Below are positions 25,116-38,665 of a stretch of DNA of 64,000 nt, in pieces. The first letter of the stretch is position 1. Every line of letters starts with the position of its first letter. The notes below the pieces were generated by a model. That model saw only the letters and a list, made by a program, of their open reading frames with translations. It was not told where the DNA came from and made no database searches. The translations under genes and the position numbers were made by a program. This stretch comes from Lytechinus pictus (taxonomy: Eukaryota): NCBI RefSeq assembly GCF_037042905.1, contig NC_087245.1:18230001-18294000 (forward strand). Direction: 5' to 3'.

Positions 25116-28100
25116 GTCCCTGTTTTCACGAAGTGACGGATACGAGAACAATCGATTTTTTTTTTCAATTTTGATTTTTTATGCATTTTTGGAGATCTTT
25201 AATTCATATCTCGAACCTCAACAAGTTTCAGATCACAAAAATGTATAATTATGTTGCTATGACAACAGTGCACACACGAAAATACCCAGATTAAGGATTT
25301 CTTGTTTTTACGAAGTGACGGATAAGCAGCCGTCAATTCGTGAAAATAAACGAATACGCTTTATCACTCAAGAGTTTTTTCACGAAGTGACGGAAGGCAA
25401 ATTTTTACAGTTTGGAACAGCTGAAGACCATGAAATGGTGAGTTTTTTGTAAATGTAGGAAAGGAAATAAATGTAATGCAGCTTTTTAAGTCATTTCGAG
25501 TAATTTCAACCCTTTTAAACGTCTCTGATTGCAAAAATCCTTAAAATAACGTCCAATCATTCCATACATTGCCCCACATATTTATTTTCGTGTCAGTAAA
25601 AATTGAATGGAGTATTGCGTGTCATTTGTTGTCCTCAATTGAACTTGAATGTTAAGTTTAGTCAAACTATAAGGGTAAGAATATTTTTCCAACATTAATC
25701 AAGACTAAATAGATTTAATGAAGGCTGAGGATTTGGTAAAATAATCATATAGGGGCATTAATTTAGGCCTAGATCTAAATAAATTTACACGAATTGCATT
25801 GCCATTGGACTCCAAAAGAGTCCAATATTAACTCGTTATGTTCCAACTTGTCTTCACAAGTGCCTATAAAGGCTATATAACTAGTATTTGCAATAAATTT
25901 TCACCCAAAAAAAATTGAAATGAATACATATATTATATTGTCTTCCTTAATGTAGTGTTAGTTAACTCGTCATTTAAATTCCTAGTAGTATTAATTATGT
26001 AATGGAAAGATACACCCTCCCCTGGGGAGGGGGGTGGGGGGCTTTCTATAGTATAAATGACAGTGAGAATGCTGAGATCATGAATTAATTTGGTTTAGTT
26101 AGTGGCCAACCCATGTTTGCAAATAAGTTGAGTCCTTAATTAAACTGAGGATTACTGGAGATTTCTGTTTTAAATAAATCATCTAAAGTCAAGAGTCAGT
26201 CTACATCTAATGTAGATAGAGCTTTATACTTTGTTTTTTGATGATCACTCTCTAGCCCTTATCTCTATGACATTTTACAGAAAATGAAAGAATCTACATA
26301 AATAAATTGCACCTCGGTTCTGATCATAATCATGATGAAGATATTTTCATTTCTTTTCAGATGCAGTATATACAGTAAGCAATGTTTCAGAGAACAAATG
26401 AGAGAAGTCCTGGAACAAGTACACTCGCTATTTGACAATGCGGATGGTCAGATACGATTCCAGGTGAGAGTTTTCATAGTGTTATAATCCAACATGACAT
26501 CCTGTCAGTATCAGCCATCCATTCATTCGCACTCACTACCAACATTAATTTCAATTGCAAATCTAGTAAATAATGAAGTTATAAAAATACATTGACTCAA
26601 AGTTATAATAACCAGAAAATATTAATTTGGGAATATGTTAGCATTTAGCAGGTATAAATGTATTTCTAAGTTGTAAAAGAACATTATTCCCATTTTGACA
26701 AATGCGTCATGTACTGCCCTAGAGCATTGAAATTTGACATGTGATCATATTTTCAGCTGAAACTTTTTTATAAATTGGAAACATTTAATTGGAATATTTG
26801 CTGTAAACATGCAGTGGTAAATAGAGTGTATAAAATATATTCTTAATAATCTTGTAGTACCATACTGACTGGGCAGGCTTTTGTTTGGTAAGGGCAATTT
26901 AAAATATTGAATCTGCTATCAATTCTACAAATTCGATATTGGATTGACAAAAAACTTTGAAAACAAACAGTTGATTTGTATATTATTTCATTCGACATAC
27001 TTAGGTTGGATCCAGGAGCCAACATGCTTGTCAGGTGGGTCATTGATAATTCCCTGAGCACCGCAGATGTGATCTGATTTGGTGACATGACATGACAATT
27101 GGTAGTGACTGGAGTTTAACAGTGTGCCCTGGTTTTGAATTGTTGAAGTAACCAAGCTAGAAACATCTTCTGAGAACTCTGACTGCGAATCTGATGATGA
27201 AACTCTGTCTACACTTGTAAAAAGTATGAAGGAATTGGCTTTGCCCCATGGCCTGCTATACTTACCACATGTTTAAATAGCTTATAAATACACATCGTCC
27301 GCATATGGATGCAGAAGAATTACCCTTCTTTATTAATTTTGTTTGGCATGTTTTCATTTTGCTTGGTGCCATCTAAAAAAAAAATACTGCATACGTCTAC
27401 ATTTTTTGTATAACAGAATGTTACTAGCTTTGTTGTGCTTAAATGTATTGTATTAATACTTCATACTTTCTTATAATAACATAACCATACAATTTAGACT
27501 GACATGCATTGTGAAACTCGATTGTTACAGGATATATTACTTGTAAGGGTGAAAATCATATTAGGTTTTCATGAATTCATTTTCAAAAGCCAGATGTGTT
27601 AATACAGACCCCCCCCCCCCTTCTATCAGGGGTGTGAGAATTCTTAAGCTGATTTCAGCTATTTTTGTTTTTTATTTTCAGCTTGATGTCCCTTTTTGTG
27701 TACAATAGTTTGAGGGCTCATTCAATTTCATCCCCTAAAACTCTTCAGCATTTTCAGCTCTTTATCTTTCATTCACACACCTGGTTAATGCAGTTTTACA
27801 GTTGACGTGTCATCATTTTATTCCAAAATACCCAACTGTTTTATTTTCCTGTTTATATTCAGGAAAGAAATAATACATGATTATTTTTAGCAGACATTTT
27901 ACATTAGCTTGAGGTTGAATATACATTGCAGCACATGTTTTTCTGTATATTTGTAGTAAGAATTTAACTTATTCGTACATGATCCCACTAATTCAAAGAT
28001 GTTACTTGCTAAAATCGTGACAATTTATTGTAAAGTTTTCAGAGTTGGAACTAAGGTGTATTTTAATGTATCTTTCTGTTTTTGGACTCGAGCAATAATT

Positions 28101-30400
28101 TGCTATTTAAAAAAAACAAGTGTTTGATTGGAAAATGTATTGATGAGTGTATTTAGCCAATAACTTGAGAATGATGGAAAAAAATACAAATCTACTTAGT
28201 CATTCGTATTTTTATCACTGCATTTTTTTTTTTGCTTTTGACGCTGTCGTTCGGGATTTTGATCATAAATTTGCTAATAAATGATCCTGTTTGATATGAA
28301 GTTAAAAAATTGATTTAAAATTATATTTCCTTGTTTGAGTTTCATTAGTTGATACATGTAATTGTTTATTCAAAGGTTTATATGTTTCCTTTGGTAAAGA
28401 TTAGCTTTTAGTTCTAGTAGACGTTTTAGTACTTGACAGTGTGTAAAAAGATGAAATAACTCTCAAGGCAACTGTGTCGACTGATTTAATTATGACATTC
28501 TTTAAAAAAAGTGTAGTGAATGTAATAAGTAATGGTGATTATGTTACTTCTATTTTGATGGAAAAGAAATATACCATTTTACTTGAATATGTGTATGTCA
28601 ATACAAATAGACATAGAGAATACAACTTTCCTGCACCACTTGCATTGATTATATTCCAGTATTGTGATGGAAAATTTATTCATTTGACATTGGAATGTTT
28701 TGAATGTAGAGTAACATATTGAATTAGGTACCTGTTAGCAATTCTGTATTTCAAAATGTGGCATTCACAGACTAGGATTGCTGATTGTGTTAAGCAGGGC
28801 ATGATATACAAATAAATATATTGTCGCATATATTAAAGTTTTATTTAATGTATAAAATGACAAAATTCTGTCAATGTGTACCTGATAATTCACTTCCTAT
28901 ACATTTCACAGTGCAATATTAGATTCATTATAATAATTATGAATGTCGATGTGTTTGTCACTAGCGATTATGGTCCGATATATTATTGAATTAAAAATAT
29001 ATTAAATTGTTAACATTGTATGGAATTGATATTTTAATGAATTTATTAAGCATAACCATTATCATAATGACTGATATGAAAAAAGTTATATTTTGCTTGT
29101 CTATTTGTCACTTGCTGCTATGGTTTCATATGTTATAAAATTAAAAGAGTTCTTCTAAATTTATTTACATTGCTAACTTTGTGAAATATATTTTATATAG
29201 TTAGTATTTTCAATGATTTATGACAAGTCATAACTCTTATTTTGCATGAAAAAATGTATTTTAATATGATGTTCAGGAGAGAATACATGACCATTTTGAT
29301 AGAGGAAAACTTGATTAGAAAGAGAAAGAGGAAGAGGGCAAGAGTGGTTTTACTCGAAATTTGCTCGCTTTATTTTTACAAATTCTTATTCTTCTATTCT
29401 TTTTTGTGGGGGGGGGGGTGGCAATCAGTCATAATTTACCAATTCTTGTTGCCGTTTTGACAAGTTAGTTCCACATTTAGTTTTGTACCATTTTCGAGGT
29501 AATTAAGTCTCAGAGAATAATTTTGAATAGCTAACTCGGTCTTAACAGAGAATACCTTTAACATTATAAACAACATTCAAGAGAAACTTAATTGGGATTT
29601 CATATTTTTAGGGGGGTAGGGAGGTTAGTAAACTGACAAATATTTGTAATGTTGCATTTTCTACTCCAACGGAGTCAGTGCTTAATAGTCCTTTCTCAAA
29701 CATAGAATTACAAAAAATCTCTTGTAGTCATTTTATTCATATCCTGTTAGGAATTTTCCGTAAATCAGAGTTCATCTCTCAAAAATGAAGATAATATTGA
29801 AATGAAATAGGCCTAAGTATAACACGTGTGTCTATTGGTCTTCCTGTTATTTACTTGAAAAATTAAATAAAAGTATTTAAAGTGATTTTTTTTAATTAAA
29901 AGAAGTAAATGTAGGCCTAATTAATCTGACATTTGGAATTGATTTTTCTTAACATAGCAAATAAAGAGATTATGTATATCTAGACCCTATTTATCGAATT
30001 GCATCGACAAGGCTATACGTGGGACTAAGGCGGAGCTTCTTTCCGTCACTTCGTAAAAACAAAATTGAAGCGCGTCCTTGAATTTCGGATTTTCACGAAG
30101 TGACTGTTATGCGCGCAGAGCACTATCCGTCACTTCGTGAAAATAAATCTAAGCGTGTACCGTAATATATTTTTTTCACGAAAATATGGTTCTGCTTACA
30201 GCTCATTATCTTCTTAAATATTTAAGGAAAATGCAAATGATTGGACTTTAATATTGTCCAGAATATGCCCAATACGAGGATATGACATTTATCCACCCTG
30301 CATACGTGGAAGACGTTGAGATTGAGGTCTAAACCTTTGAACGCGATTTACTCAAAACTAACTTTTTAAAAGTTCCGCGCTCATCCGTCACTTCGTGAAA
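25116..30400. mobile_element. ~5.3-kb TIR DNA transposon remnant (possibly Sola-like) filling intron 2 of gene 1
   Basis: 18-bp inverted repeat TTTCACGAAGTGACGGAT (25124-25141) / ATCCGTCACTTCGTGAAA (30383-30400), repeated subterminally about four times at each end; no intact transposase ORF. Confidence 0.7.
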
Positions 30401-30798
30401 TAATTAAGAAAGACGACTCGAAACCGACATGTTGTTTATCATTTCAAGTAACATAATAGCTTTCGTCGATCTGTGTCCCTTAATACAAAGGCAATCGATT
30501 AATCGTATGCTTGATTTTCACGATTAATTATACATTGAACTCAATGCAATCAGTCGTAAAAAAATGTTCTACGATGATTGCTAAGCTATGTGTTACGGAC
30601 CCTTGGAGTCGATTTCACCGGTGAGACTGTAGCGTTACAGTAATATTACACCTTTTGGAACTAAGGCATTTACTCTCAATTCGTATATGCATGAAAACTT
30701 GTTCTCTTCAATAATTTTTCATTGTCAATACGCTAGAGTGATTTATCTAACTTTATGGGTGAATAGATGAATTTTCTCTGGCTTTTTTGTTATTTCAG

Positions 30799-31125
30799 AT
30801 TTCGACTTTAATGGGATTTACGTGGGTGATTGGATTTGTCGCTGCCTACGTTAGGACTCCGGTGGTCTGGTATATCTTCGTTGTCCTCAATTCCCTCCAA
30901 GGTACCTTCATCTTTGCGGCATTCATGTGCAACCTGCGAGTCTGGCAACTGTGGATTAAGGGCATGCCGACGAAATCTTCCTCTATCATGTCCATCCCGA
31001 AGTCGTCCAACGGCTGCGTGGAACCGGCTGCCAATGCGCTACATTATACCAGCACCGATGGGGAGGTTAATCGGACCATCGAAAGTTATGAAAGCAAGAC
31101 TAACAATGTTATAACACGAATGTGA
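30799..31125 (+). CDS. Gene 1 exon 3: TM6, TM7 and C-tail
   Basis: Acceptor ttgttatttcag, phase 0; ISTLMGFTWVIGF...VLNSLQGTFIFAAF are class B TM6/TM7 motifs; TGA stop. Confidence 0.92.
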   Translation: MSTLMGFTWVIGFVAAYVRTPVVWYIFVVLNSLQGTFIFAAFMCNLRVWQLWIKGMPTKSSSIMSIPKSSNGCVEPAANALHYTSTDGEVNRTIESYESKTNNVITRM

Positions 31126-31636
31126 AATGATCCGGGGTAAAAACAGTCTCTGCACACAGAGGGAACCTTAATGTCATATAAACACAGAGGACGAGGGGAC
31201 AACTGCCCCTGTGGCATTTCAAGTGATACAAATTAAAATAGGAGAAAACAGATGAAAGAAAAATATTATTTGAAAAAATGTTCCATGACCAAGTCAGAAG
31301 TGTCACTTTGATATCAATCTAAAAAAAAAGCAACACTAAATTTGTCAAGTGATGGCACAAATTACATTACCATATGCATTGACGTCATTGTGCCGCCATC
31401 TTAGAGGCTGAAGTCATTACCTTTGCATGCGCTGGTGATCCGCAGCTGGCGCATCTCTGACAACTCTGTTTACGCGTATTGCTATATCCTCCGAGTGAGG
31501 GAGCTATGTGACATCATAACGTTAAAACACTAGAAGACACTAAAAAGGCTACTTTCACCCATTTACACTCGCAAAACAGGAAAAATAGAAAGCGATATTC
31601 AACAAGTATAAGATGCTGTTTTGTGGGTACCTATAC

Positions 31637-32823
31637 TTAAAGGTCATGTCCACCCCAGAAAAATGTTGATTTGAATAAATGGAGAAAAATCAGACTAGCA
31701 TAACGCTGAAAATTTCATCAAAATCGGATGTAGAATAAGAAAGTTATGGCATTTACATTTTCGCTTATTTTTTCACAAAACAGTTATGCACAACTCAGTG
31801 ACATGCAAATGAGTCAATCGATGATGTCCATCACTCACTATTTCTTTTGTTTTTTATAGTTTGAATTATACAATATATCATTTTTTACAAATTTGACAAT
31901 ACGGACCAACTTGACTGAACCATATGATATTAAACAATGCTAATTTCACGTGTTCAGGGGGGAATTAATCGTTGTTTCACTTGGCAATGAGGAGAAAATT
32001 AGAATATTTCATATTTCACATAGTAAAATACAAAAGAAGTAGTGAGTGGATGACATCATCAGTCTCCTCATTTGCATACCGACCAGGATGTGCATATAAC
32101 TGTTTTGTGAAATTAAGCGACACTTTAAAATGTCATAACTTTCTTATTTTACATCCGATTTTGATGAAATTTTCAGTGTTATGCTTGTTGGATTTTTCTC
32201 TTTTTATTCAAATAAATTTTTGGTTTGGGTGGACTTGTCCTTTAAAGGTCAAGTCCACCCCCAGAAAAATGTTGATTTGAATCAATAGAGCAAATCAAAC
32301 AAGCATAACGCTGAAAATTTCATCAAAATCGGATATAAAATTTAAAAAAAGTTATGACATTTTAAAGTTTCGCTTATTTTTCATAAACAGTTCTATGCAC
32401 AACTCAGTGATGTGCAAATGAGACAGTCGATGATGTCCCCCACTCACTATTGCTTTTGTTTTTTATTTGAATTATTCAGTATTTCAATTTTTACAGATTT
32501 GACAATAATGACCAACTTGAAAGAAGCAAACATGTTAAAACAGTGGTAGTTCCACATGTTCAGGGAGGAATAAAACGGTAACCGAATAAAACTCTGTTTC
32601 ACACGACAATGAGGAGAAAATTGAATGAGTGATGGCGTCAGTACCCTCATTTGCATACTGACCTGGATGTGCATATATTGTTTTGTGAAATTAAGCAAAA
32701 CTTTAAAATGTCATAACTTTCTTATTTTACATCCGATTTCGATGAAATTGTCAGTGTTGTGCTTGTTGGATTTTCCTCTTTTTACCCAATTTAACTTTTT
32801 GTTGAGGTGGACTTGTCCTTTAA
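31637..32823. mobile_element. Two head-to-tail Kolobok-like MITEs (family A) sharing one TTAA
   Basis: TTAA-AGGTCATGTCCACCCC...GGACTTGTCCT-TTAA(32242-32245)-AGGTCAAGTCCACCCC...GGACTTGTCCT-TTAA. Confidence 0.82.
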
Positions 32824-33065
32824 CCACTGACTTTGGCAGTACCCCCAAGACAAAGGGAAATTAAATAATGTTTTTCTTTCTCAACACACTTTCATATTTA
32901 TGAACAATGTCCATGCATAAGACATTTTGTAAATCAAGAATTTAGTCTTAATTTTCACACACTATTCATTTTAAAGTAGCAAACTATTATGGTGTCGTAT
33001 CAAAATTTTTATCATTTTGTAGACATATAATTGATGAAGGAATGTCATAAGGAACAAAGTTATTT

Positions 33066-33790
33066 TGGGGCAAGCCCAACAATCAAAAGGACCGCTAGTC
33101 ATAACGTTTCTATTACCAAAGGTCCGCTTGTCACAAAACTGAAAGGAGTCTCTATATGGTTACAATGACCAAAAATAATTAAGTACGAAAATCCTAGGGT
33201 GATATTCATAAGAGTCGCTGTTCATAATTGACCATTTTCAATGATTATGGTAGGTAATCGTAAGGAACACTATTCATAGTCCGAAATCAGGATTATTATA
33301 AGGCCGAAAAAACGGTCGATATTCATCACATGGGCCCCCACATTGGGAGAAAGGGTTTCACTGTGTAATCAAAGAAAAGCGTCTTTTGCTATAATTGTTA
33401 GAATATAATCGCTAGTCTTACGAATTTGTTTATCCAATTCTGAATATAATTATCCCTTTTCATTATTAGAACTATAAAAACGAGCCCCTTATTCACGTAT
33501 AAATAGCGACTCGTATGAATATTGAACTTTATGAACGCTGATACTTTTCCATAATTACCAATAAAATTATAGACCCTTCTAATTAAAGACCCCTCTTTCT
33601 GTTTATGACTAACGACTCACTTCTTCTATTATGAATCCATTCCCGGTATTATTGATAGCGGCCCTTGTGAATAGTTTGTCATATAAAGGTCTCGGATAGC
33701 GGTATAAATATATATATACCGGACCTTACTCACAATATATGACTAGCGGTCATTACGAATAGCAGTCCTTTCGACTAGAGAGTGGACCCA
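33066..33790. mobile_element. Degenerate foldback-type element with ~20-bp internal repeats
   Basis: AAAGGACCGCTAGTCATA-like units on the left, inverted TGACTAGCGGTC-like units on the right. Confidence 0.4.
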
Positions 33791-34012
33791 AGCACCTCAG
33801 AGACACGTGTAATGTTGATTTCTGTGAGAAAAAATTAATTGTTTGTAATTGAATATACAAGATATTATACGCAACCTGTAAATATGATATTCAGCCAACA
33901 TATATGTACTGCACACTTCTCAGAATGAGCATGATTAGGGCTCGACGTGATTTGAACGTAAGATAACAAAAAAGTGAAACCGCTTTGTACATGCAGCTCC
34001 ATGTCATATTCG

Positions 34013-34563
34013 TTAAAGGGATAATCCGGGCTGAAAATATTTATAGCTTAATAAATAGAGTAGAATTCACTGAGCAAAATGCTGAAACAAATGACAAAGT
34101 TATTGAATTTTAAAGTTTAACAATATTTTGTGAAAACAGTCGTCATGAATATTCATTGGGTGGACTGATGATGTCACATCTCCACTTGTTCTTTTGTATT
34201 TTATTATATGAAATTAGGTTTATTCAAATTTTTTCCTCCAAGAACTAGAAAAATTGGATTGACAACTGATTTAGTGCATTATATATTTATTAATGCAACT
34301 TATTTCATTACAAGGGAGACATATTATTCACACAAGTATGAAATAATGAAAAAAATATGATTTTATGTAATAACATAAGAAAACGGAAAGTGGAGATGTG
34401 ACATCATCAGCCCACCTAATGAATATTCATGACGACTGTTTTCACAAAATATTGCTAAACTTTAAACTTCAATAACTTTTCAAGAAATTTTTGGCATTTT
34501 GCTCAGTGAATTCTACTCTATGTATTAAGATAAAAATATTTTCAGCCCGGACCATCCCTTTAA
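34013..34563. mobile_element. TTAA-flanked Kolobok-like MITE (family B)
   Basis: TTAA-AGGGATAATCCGGGCTGAAAATAT...ATTTTCAGCCCGGACCATCCCT-TTAA; long inverted arms. Confidence 0.82.
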
Positions 34564-34975
34564 GCTTTAGATGCAGTATTAATACATTTTTTACATACAT
34601 ATACATTTATATTTATGATATAATCAATTCTATTTGATACCATTTTCAAGCTTCTACAAACATGGATCTTTGTTGGCAATTTTCCTTTGTCCGCTCCTGA
34701 GAAGCCAAGTAACGTGTTACGAGAGACGTCGCCAGCTGAACATAGCTCGAAAGGGGTATAGCTGGATGGGATGGTATCCTCAATATTGATTTTGAAGATA
34801 GCTTTTGGATGAGACATATGACGAAGTTATATGGGGATAGATGATTAATCCAGTATTCTATAGGGACTCTGGGCATTTATTTTCCCCTCTGGCCCAGTGA
34901 TGACCAGTCACCAGGCAGCTCAAATGAAACATGTGACAGGACAAAGTCCACAGGAGTGGACGAAAGTTTGCCTTA

Positions 34976-35388
34976 AGGCGACCGCACACCTTACGACTGG
35001 TCTGCGACCCGATTTCAGAATAAAATGTAGTAGAATTTGATGCTAATATTGAGACTTGGAATATCTTACTGTGTAATGTTCTAAATCATCGTATGAATAC
35101 CTATGATCAAATATGTGACTATGCTATCATTCTTCTTAGAAGTAAAAGCGAATTTAATATCTAGTCGTAATGACGTCATCGCAGTCGTACGATTGGCTAC
35201 GATTTGAAACTAATTTGGCCTTTACTCCAAAATAAAGGCTCGAAATCTTTCAAAATGGTTATAATATTCTTTTAATTAATTTTAACCTCAAATAAAATGT
35301 TATGTTCCATTCACATCTTCAGAAAATGAGCAAAATGCGATTTGTTCCAAAATCGGATGGCGAACAGTCGTAAGGTGTGCGGTGGCCT
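34976..35388. mobile_element. PIF/Harbinger-like MITE
   Basis: TIR AGGCGACCGCACACCTTACGACTG / CAGTCGTAAGGTGTGCGGTGGCCT flanked by TTA; second copy at 62319-62636. Confidence 0.75.
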
Positions 35389-36149
35389 TTAAAAACTCCA
35401 AGTTCGTAGTAGCGTCATCTTCTTTTTATATATCTTATGCGATCATCCACAAATAAGTCTTCTGTTATTGAACAAGCTGATGCACAAATAAATGTGATGC
35501 TTCAACATGTTAATGATGTATGACAGTCGTGCTTTCTCACGATTGTGTGGCGGTGGGTAAAAGAAGAAAAGTTATTTAAAAAAGACGCGTCTTGAATTGA
35601 ACCGGAAATCATAAGATGGATGTCACACTATACTAAGCCGGATCCGAAATGAAGGTATTGCTTACCGAAAACATTTATCCATTTCCTTTGTATGGTCATA
35701 TTGCTTACATAGTTTATTGCCTTGTATTGATTTGTTGTTATTTATTATGTTATATTTGTGTAATATGTTGAGTCAAAATGAAATAAAGGAAACTTGAAAG
35801 GGTTTCTGCCGCTGACTTATTTTGTTCTTTTTATCCTTGTGACCCGTATGATCTCATGCCTCCTTGCACGGAAACTATTTCTTTTTTATTTAACTGCCGA
35901 TGTTCAGCGCGACCAACAAAACGGGACAAGTGATAAATTCCCAAAATCATCAAAAAATATTCTAATTTCAGATTTGCCACTAATAGTGATCGCTTTTTTT
36001 ATACTTGGACCAATTTTTATACTTGGACCAATAGCTCCATGCTTGGACCAAATACTTGGTGGTTTTGTAAACCATTGCAAATTTAAACCCATAAAAGCTG
36101 AGGCAGAGTTACTCCGACCTTCCCTCAACCAAGAAACTTCCTACATTCC

Positions 36150-36300
36150 AGGAGTATCTTGTTCGGGGGAAGGTCGGAGTATCTTGTTCGGAGGCCCGGT
36201 TCGGAGGAAGGTCGGATAATCTTGTTCGGAGGAAGGTCGGAGTGTCTTGTTCGCATGAAGGTCGGAGTGTCTTGTTCGCATGAAGGTCTGAGTATCTCTG
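36150..36300. repeat. ~23-25-bp minisatellite GAAGGTCGGAGTRTCTTGTTCG
   Basis: About 6 tandem units; inverted TACTCCGACC units flank them. Confidence 0.8.
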
Positions 36301-37753
36301 TCCAGACGGGCACTATGTACTCCGACATTTCCTCCGACCCTTCATCTGACCAAAACAGCCTTTCTCTTGGTAGTGATAAGAGAAATATCTTTGGAATTTG
36401 AATCCATGCAAAATAGAATTTTACTCCGACGAGGACCCAACGTTTTCATAGGGGTTCACTGCATGGAGTACCATACGACCCATTCCTTTTGAAGGCATGT
36501 TTGATGTTGCAAGTTTAGAATATGTTAGGCAAATGCTTCTTCGGATTTTTCTTGCGGATTGGATATAAAAGATTCACCTCCTGACTCCAGATTTTCTGGC
36601 AACTTACAAAAGTAAAATTTGCTTTTGTAATGATTATTGTTTGCTTCGTCTAGTCGGATAATATGAACAGTAGATATTGTATATGGTTACAGAGACAGTG
36701 AAAATAAATGCTAGTCATCATGGTCATGTGAGTTTTATTTTTTAAATGTGATTTCAAATTACGCATTTGCATGCCCGCGGCTTGACACATAGCATCACAA
36801 ATGTATTCTAATACAATGTGCAATAGCTGTCTATTTTTAAAAGCATGTGAATGTCTGTCAAAATGCCGCTTAAAAATTGTAAAATTGTCAGGGTTTTCTT
36901 TTATCATTGAGAATATTTATTTACTTCATGAATTATTCTTACCAAAAGATAACGAGCTTTCTAGAAAAAGACAATTAAAGCATTTTTAAAGATATCATTA
37001 CATGTTTATTTACATCATAACAATATAGTACAAATTATCATTTCCATATCAAGAGAAATGACATGTTTCAGCTTATATTGGCTTGTTTGAACGAATTAGG
37101 GCTCTTCAGAGAAGTTATCAAAACTTAGACCCAAATTTGTCATCCTTCGTGTAACACAACCGATAATATTGTTTCGACATTGCTTCAAAAATTTCATACC
37201 TGGCATCTTGAGATCCTTTAAAAAGTATTTTTTAATCTCTTTGTTGACTTAAAATCAAAGAACAGTTTGAACCATAACCCCTATCCATGTACATGTAGTA
37301 TTGTAACCATTTTTGTACATATAATATTGTAACTATTTTTGTTTAAACTCCTTGCTTATTACTTTAAATTGAATTTGTATTTAATCGAAATGTCTACACT
37401 ATTTTGATGAAAAACAAGCGCATATATAATCTAAAACAGAATTACGATGGTGGGGTTATGGATACAGTTGACAAATTTATCATCCATTGATATTACTGCA
37501 TTTTTGTAAAAATTTTATTATTCGTAATCTTTTGATGATTGTTAAATCTATCTTTCATATCGAATACAACTACAAAAGAGAGAGAAAAATCAGATACGTG
37601 ATTCAATAAGTTTAAAATTACTTTGATACACTAGTTTGGAATCAAACCGATGTTGTTTTAACACTAATTGGTGTTGTATAAACACCTATCTGGTGTTAGA
37701 CCAAAACCAAACTGGTGTTGTTTAACACTTCTCTGTTGTGGACATATTTTATG

Positions 37754-38665
37754 CAGTGCGTATAAAAAAAGTTTACACTTAGAAACAATCCTGTAAAATT
37801 ATATATTTGTAATATCCAGAAGTTTTTTCCACATTTAAACATTGGTACAGATCTAACCTTTCCGCTTGGGTGAGCACCGCTTACTTTTAAAAAGTTCGTG
37901 AAAAATGATTTGCGCAGAACTTGGGAATAGTTATATGAATAAAAGTAGACCTTGATCATAAAGAACATATGTACTTATGCTCGGGAGATTGATTTGAAGA
38001 TATATTTAACATTTTTAACTTGTTTCCTTGCCCCAAAACATTACATAAAGCACCATTGCAACCCTTAATCCCCACACACCGAGGCCATCGTGATGATATC
38101 AGCTTTACACGGAGCTGTGATTCACATGAAATGGCTTAGGCTTGATTTTCGTTTTGTTAATCATTGTCAAGCTTGGGAAAAGTGTGGAGAAACAAGTATT
38201 AAATAAAATATGAAATGTAAACCCACTTTAAGTGATAAGAACTTAGTGAAAGAATAACCTATTGTTTACACTCACTTATGTCCTCAGATCCACCTGCCAC
38301 AAAAAGGAAAAGGTTGTGTTTACCTAGGGTTAAAATGTTAATTTGGGTGGCAAAGTTGTTACAAAATGTTTAAGTGAATCTGATTTATTTCGAATTAAAA
38401 ATGCAAAAGAAATGTATGAGAAATGTTCCGCACGGTCAGTTTGTTTTCGCCTTTTTTCCCTTGACACAGCGTGAAAATTAGCATATCTGCGCAAACCGAT
38501 TTCTGTGAGCTTTACAAAATTGGACTGTGCTCACTTAAGTGTAAAATAATGTAAAACTTTTTACCTTCATTTGATAGATGAGACCCAAACTAGAAATATA
38601 CGTGAAAAAATTATCCCCATGATGTATATTTTTAAATTCCCAGGACTTTTTATTGATACGCACTG
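37754..38665. mobile_element. Tc1/mariner-like non-autonomous element nested in a CACTA-like element (~37630-38710)
   Basis: TIR CAGTGCGTATAAAAAAAAG / CTTTTTATTGATACGCACTG followed by TA; host end AATCAACACCGGAGTTTTTGCAGTG matches CACTGCAAAAACGCCGGTGTTGATT at 58350. Confidence 0.6.

Noticed and set aside
24614..30799. Shared phase-0 intron before TM6 in both receptors as a sign of common origin
   Set aside because: Positions differ by about 10 codons relative to the TM6 L(M/L)GxTW motif, so the introns are not homologous
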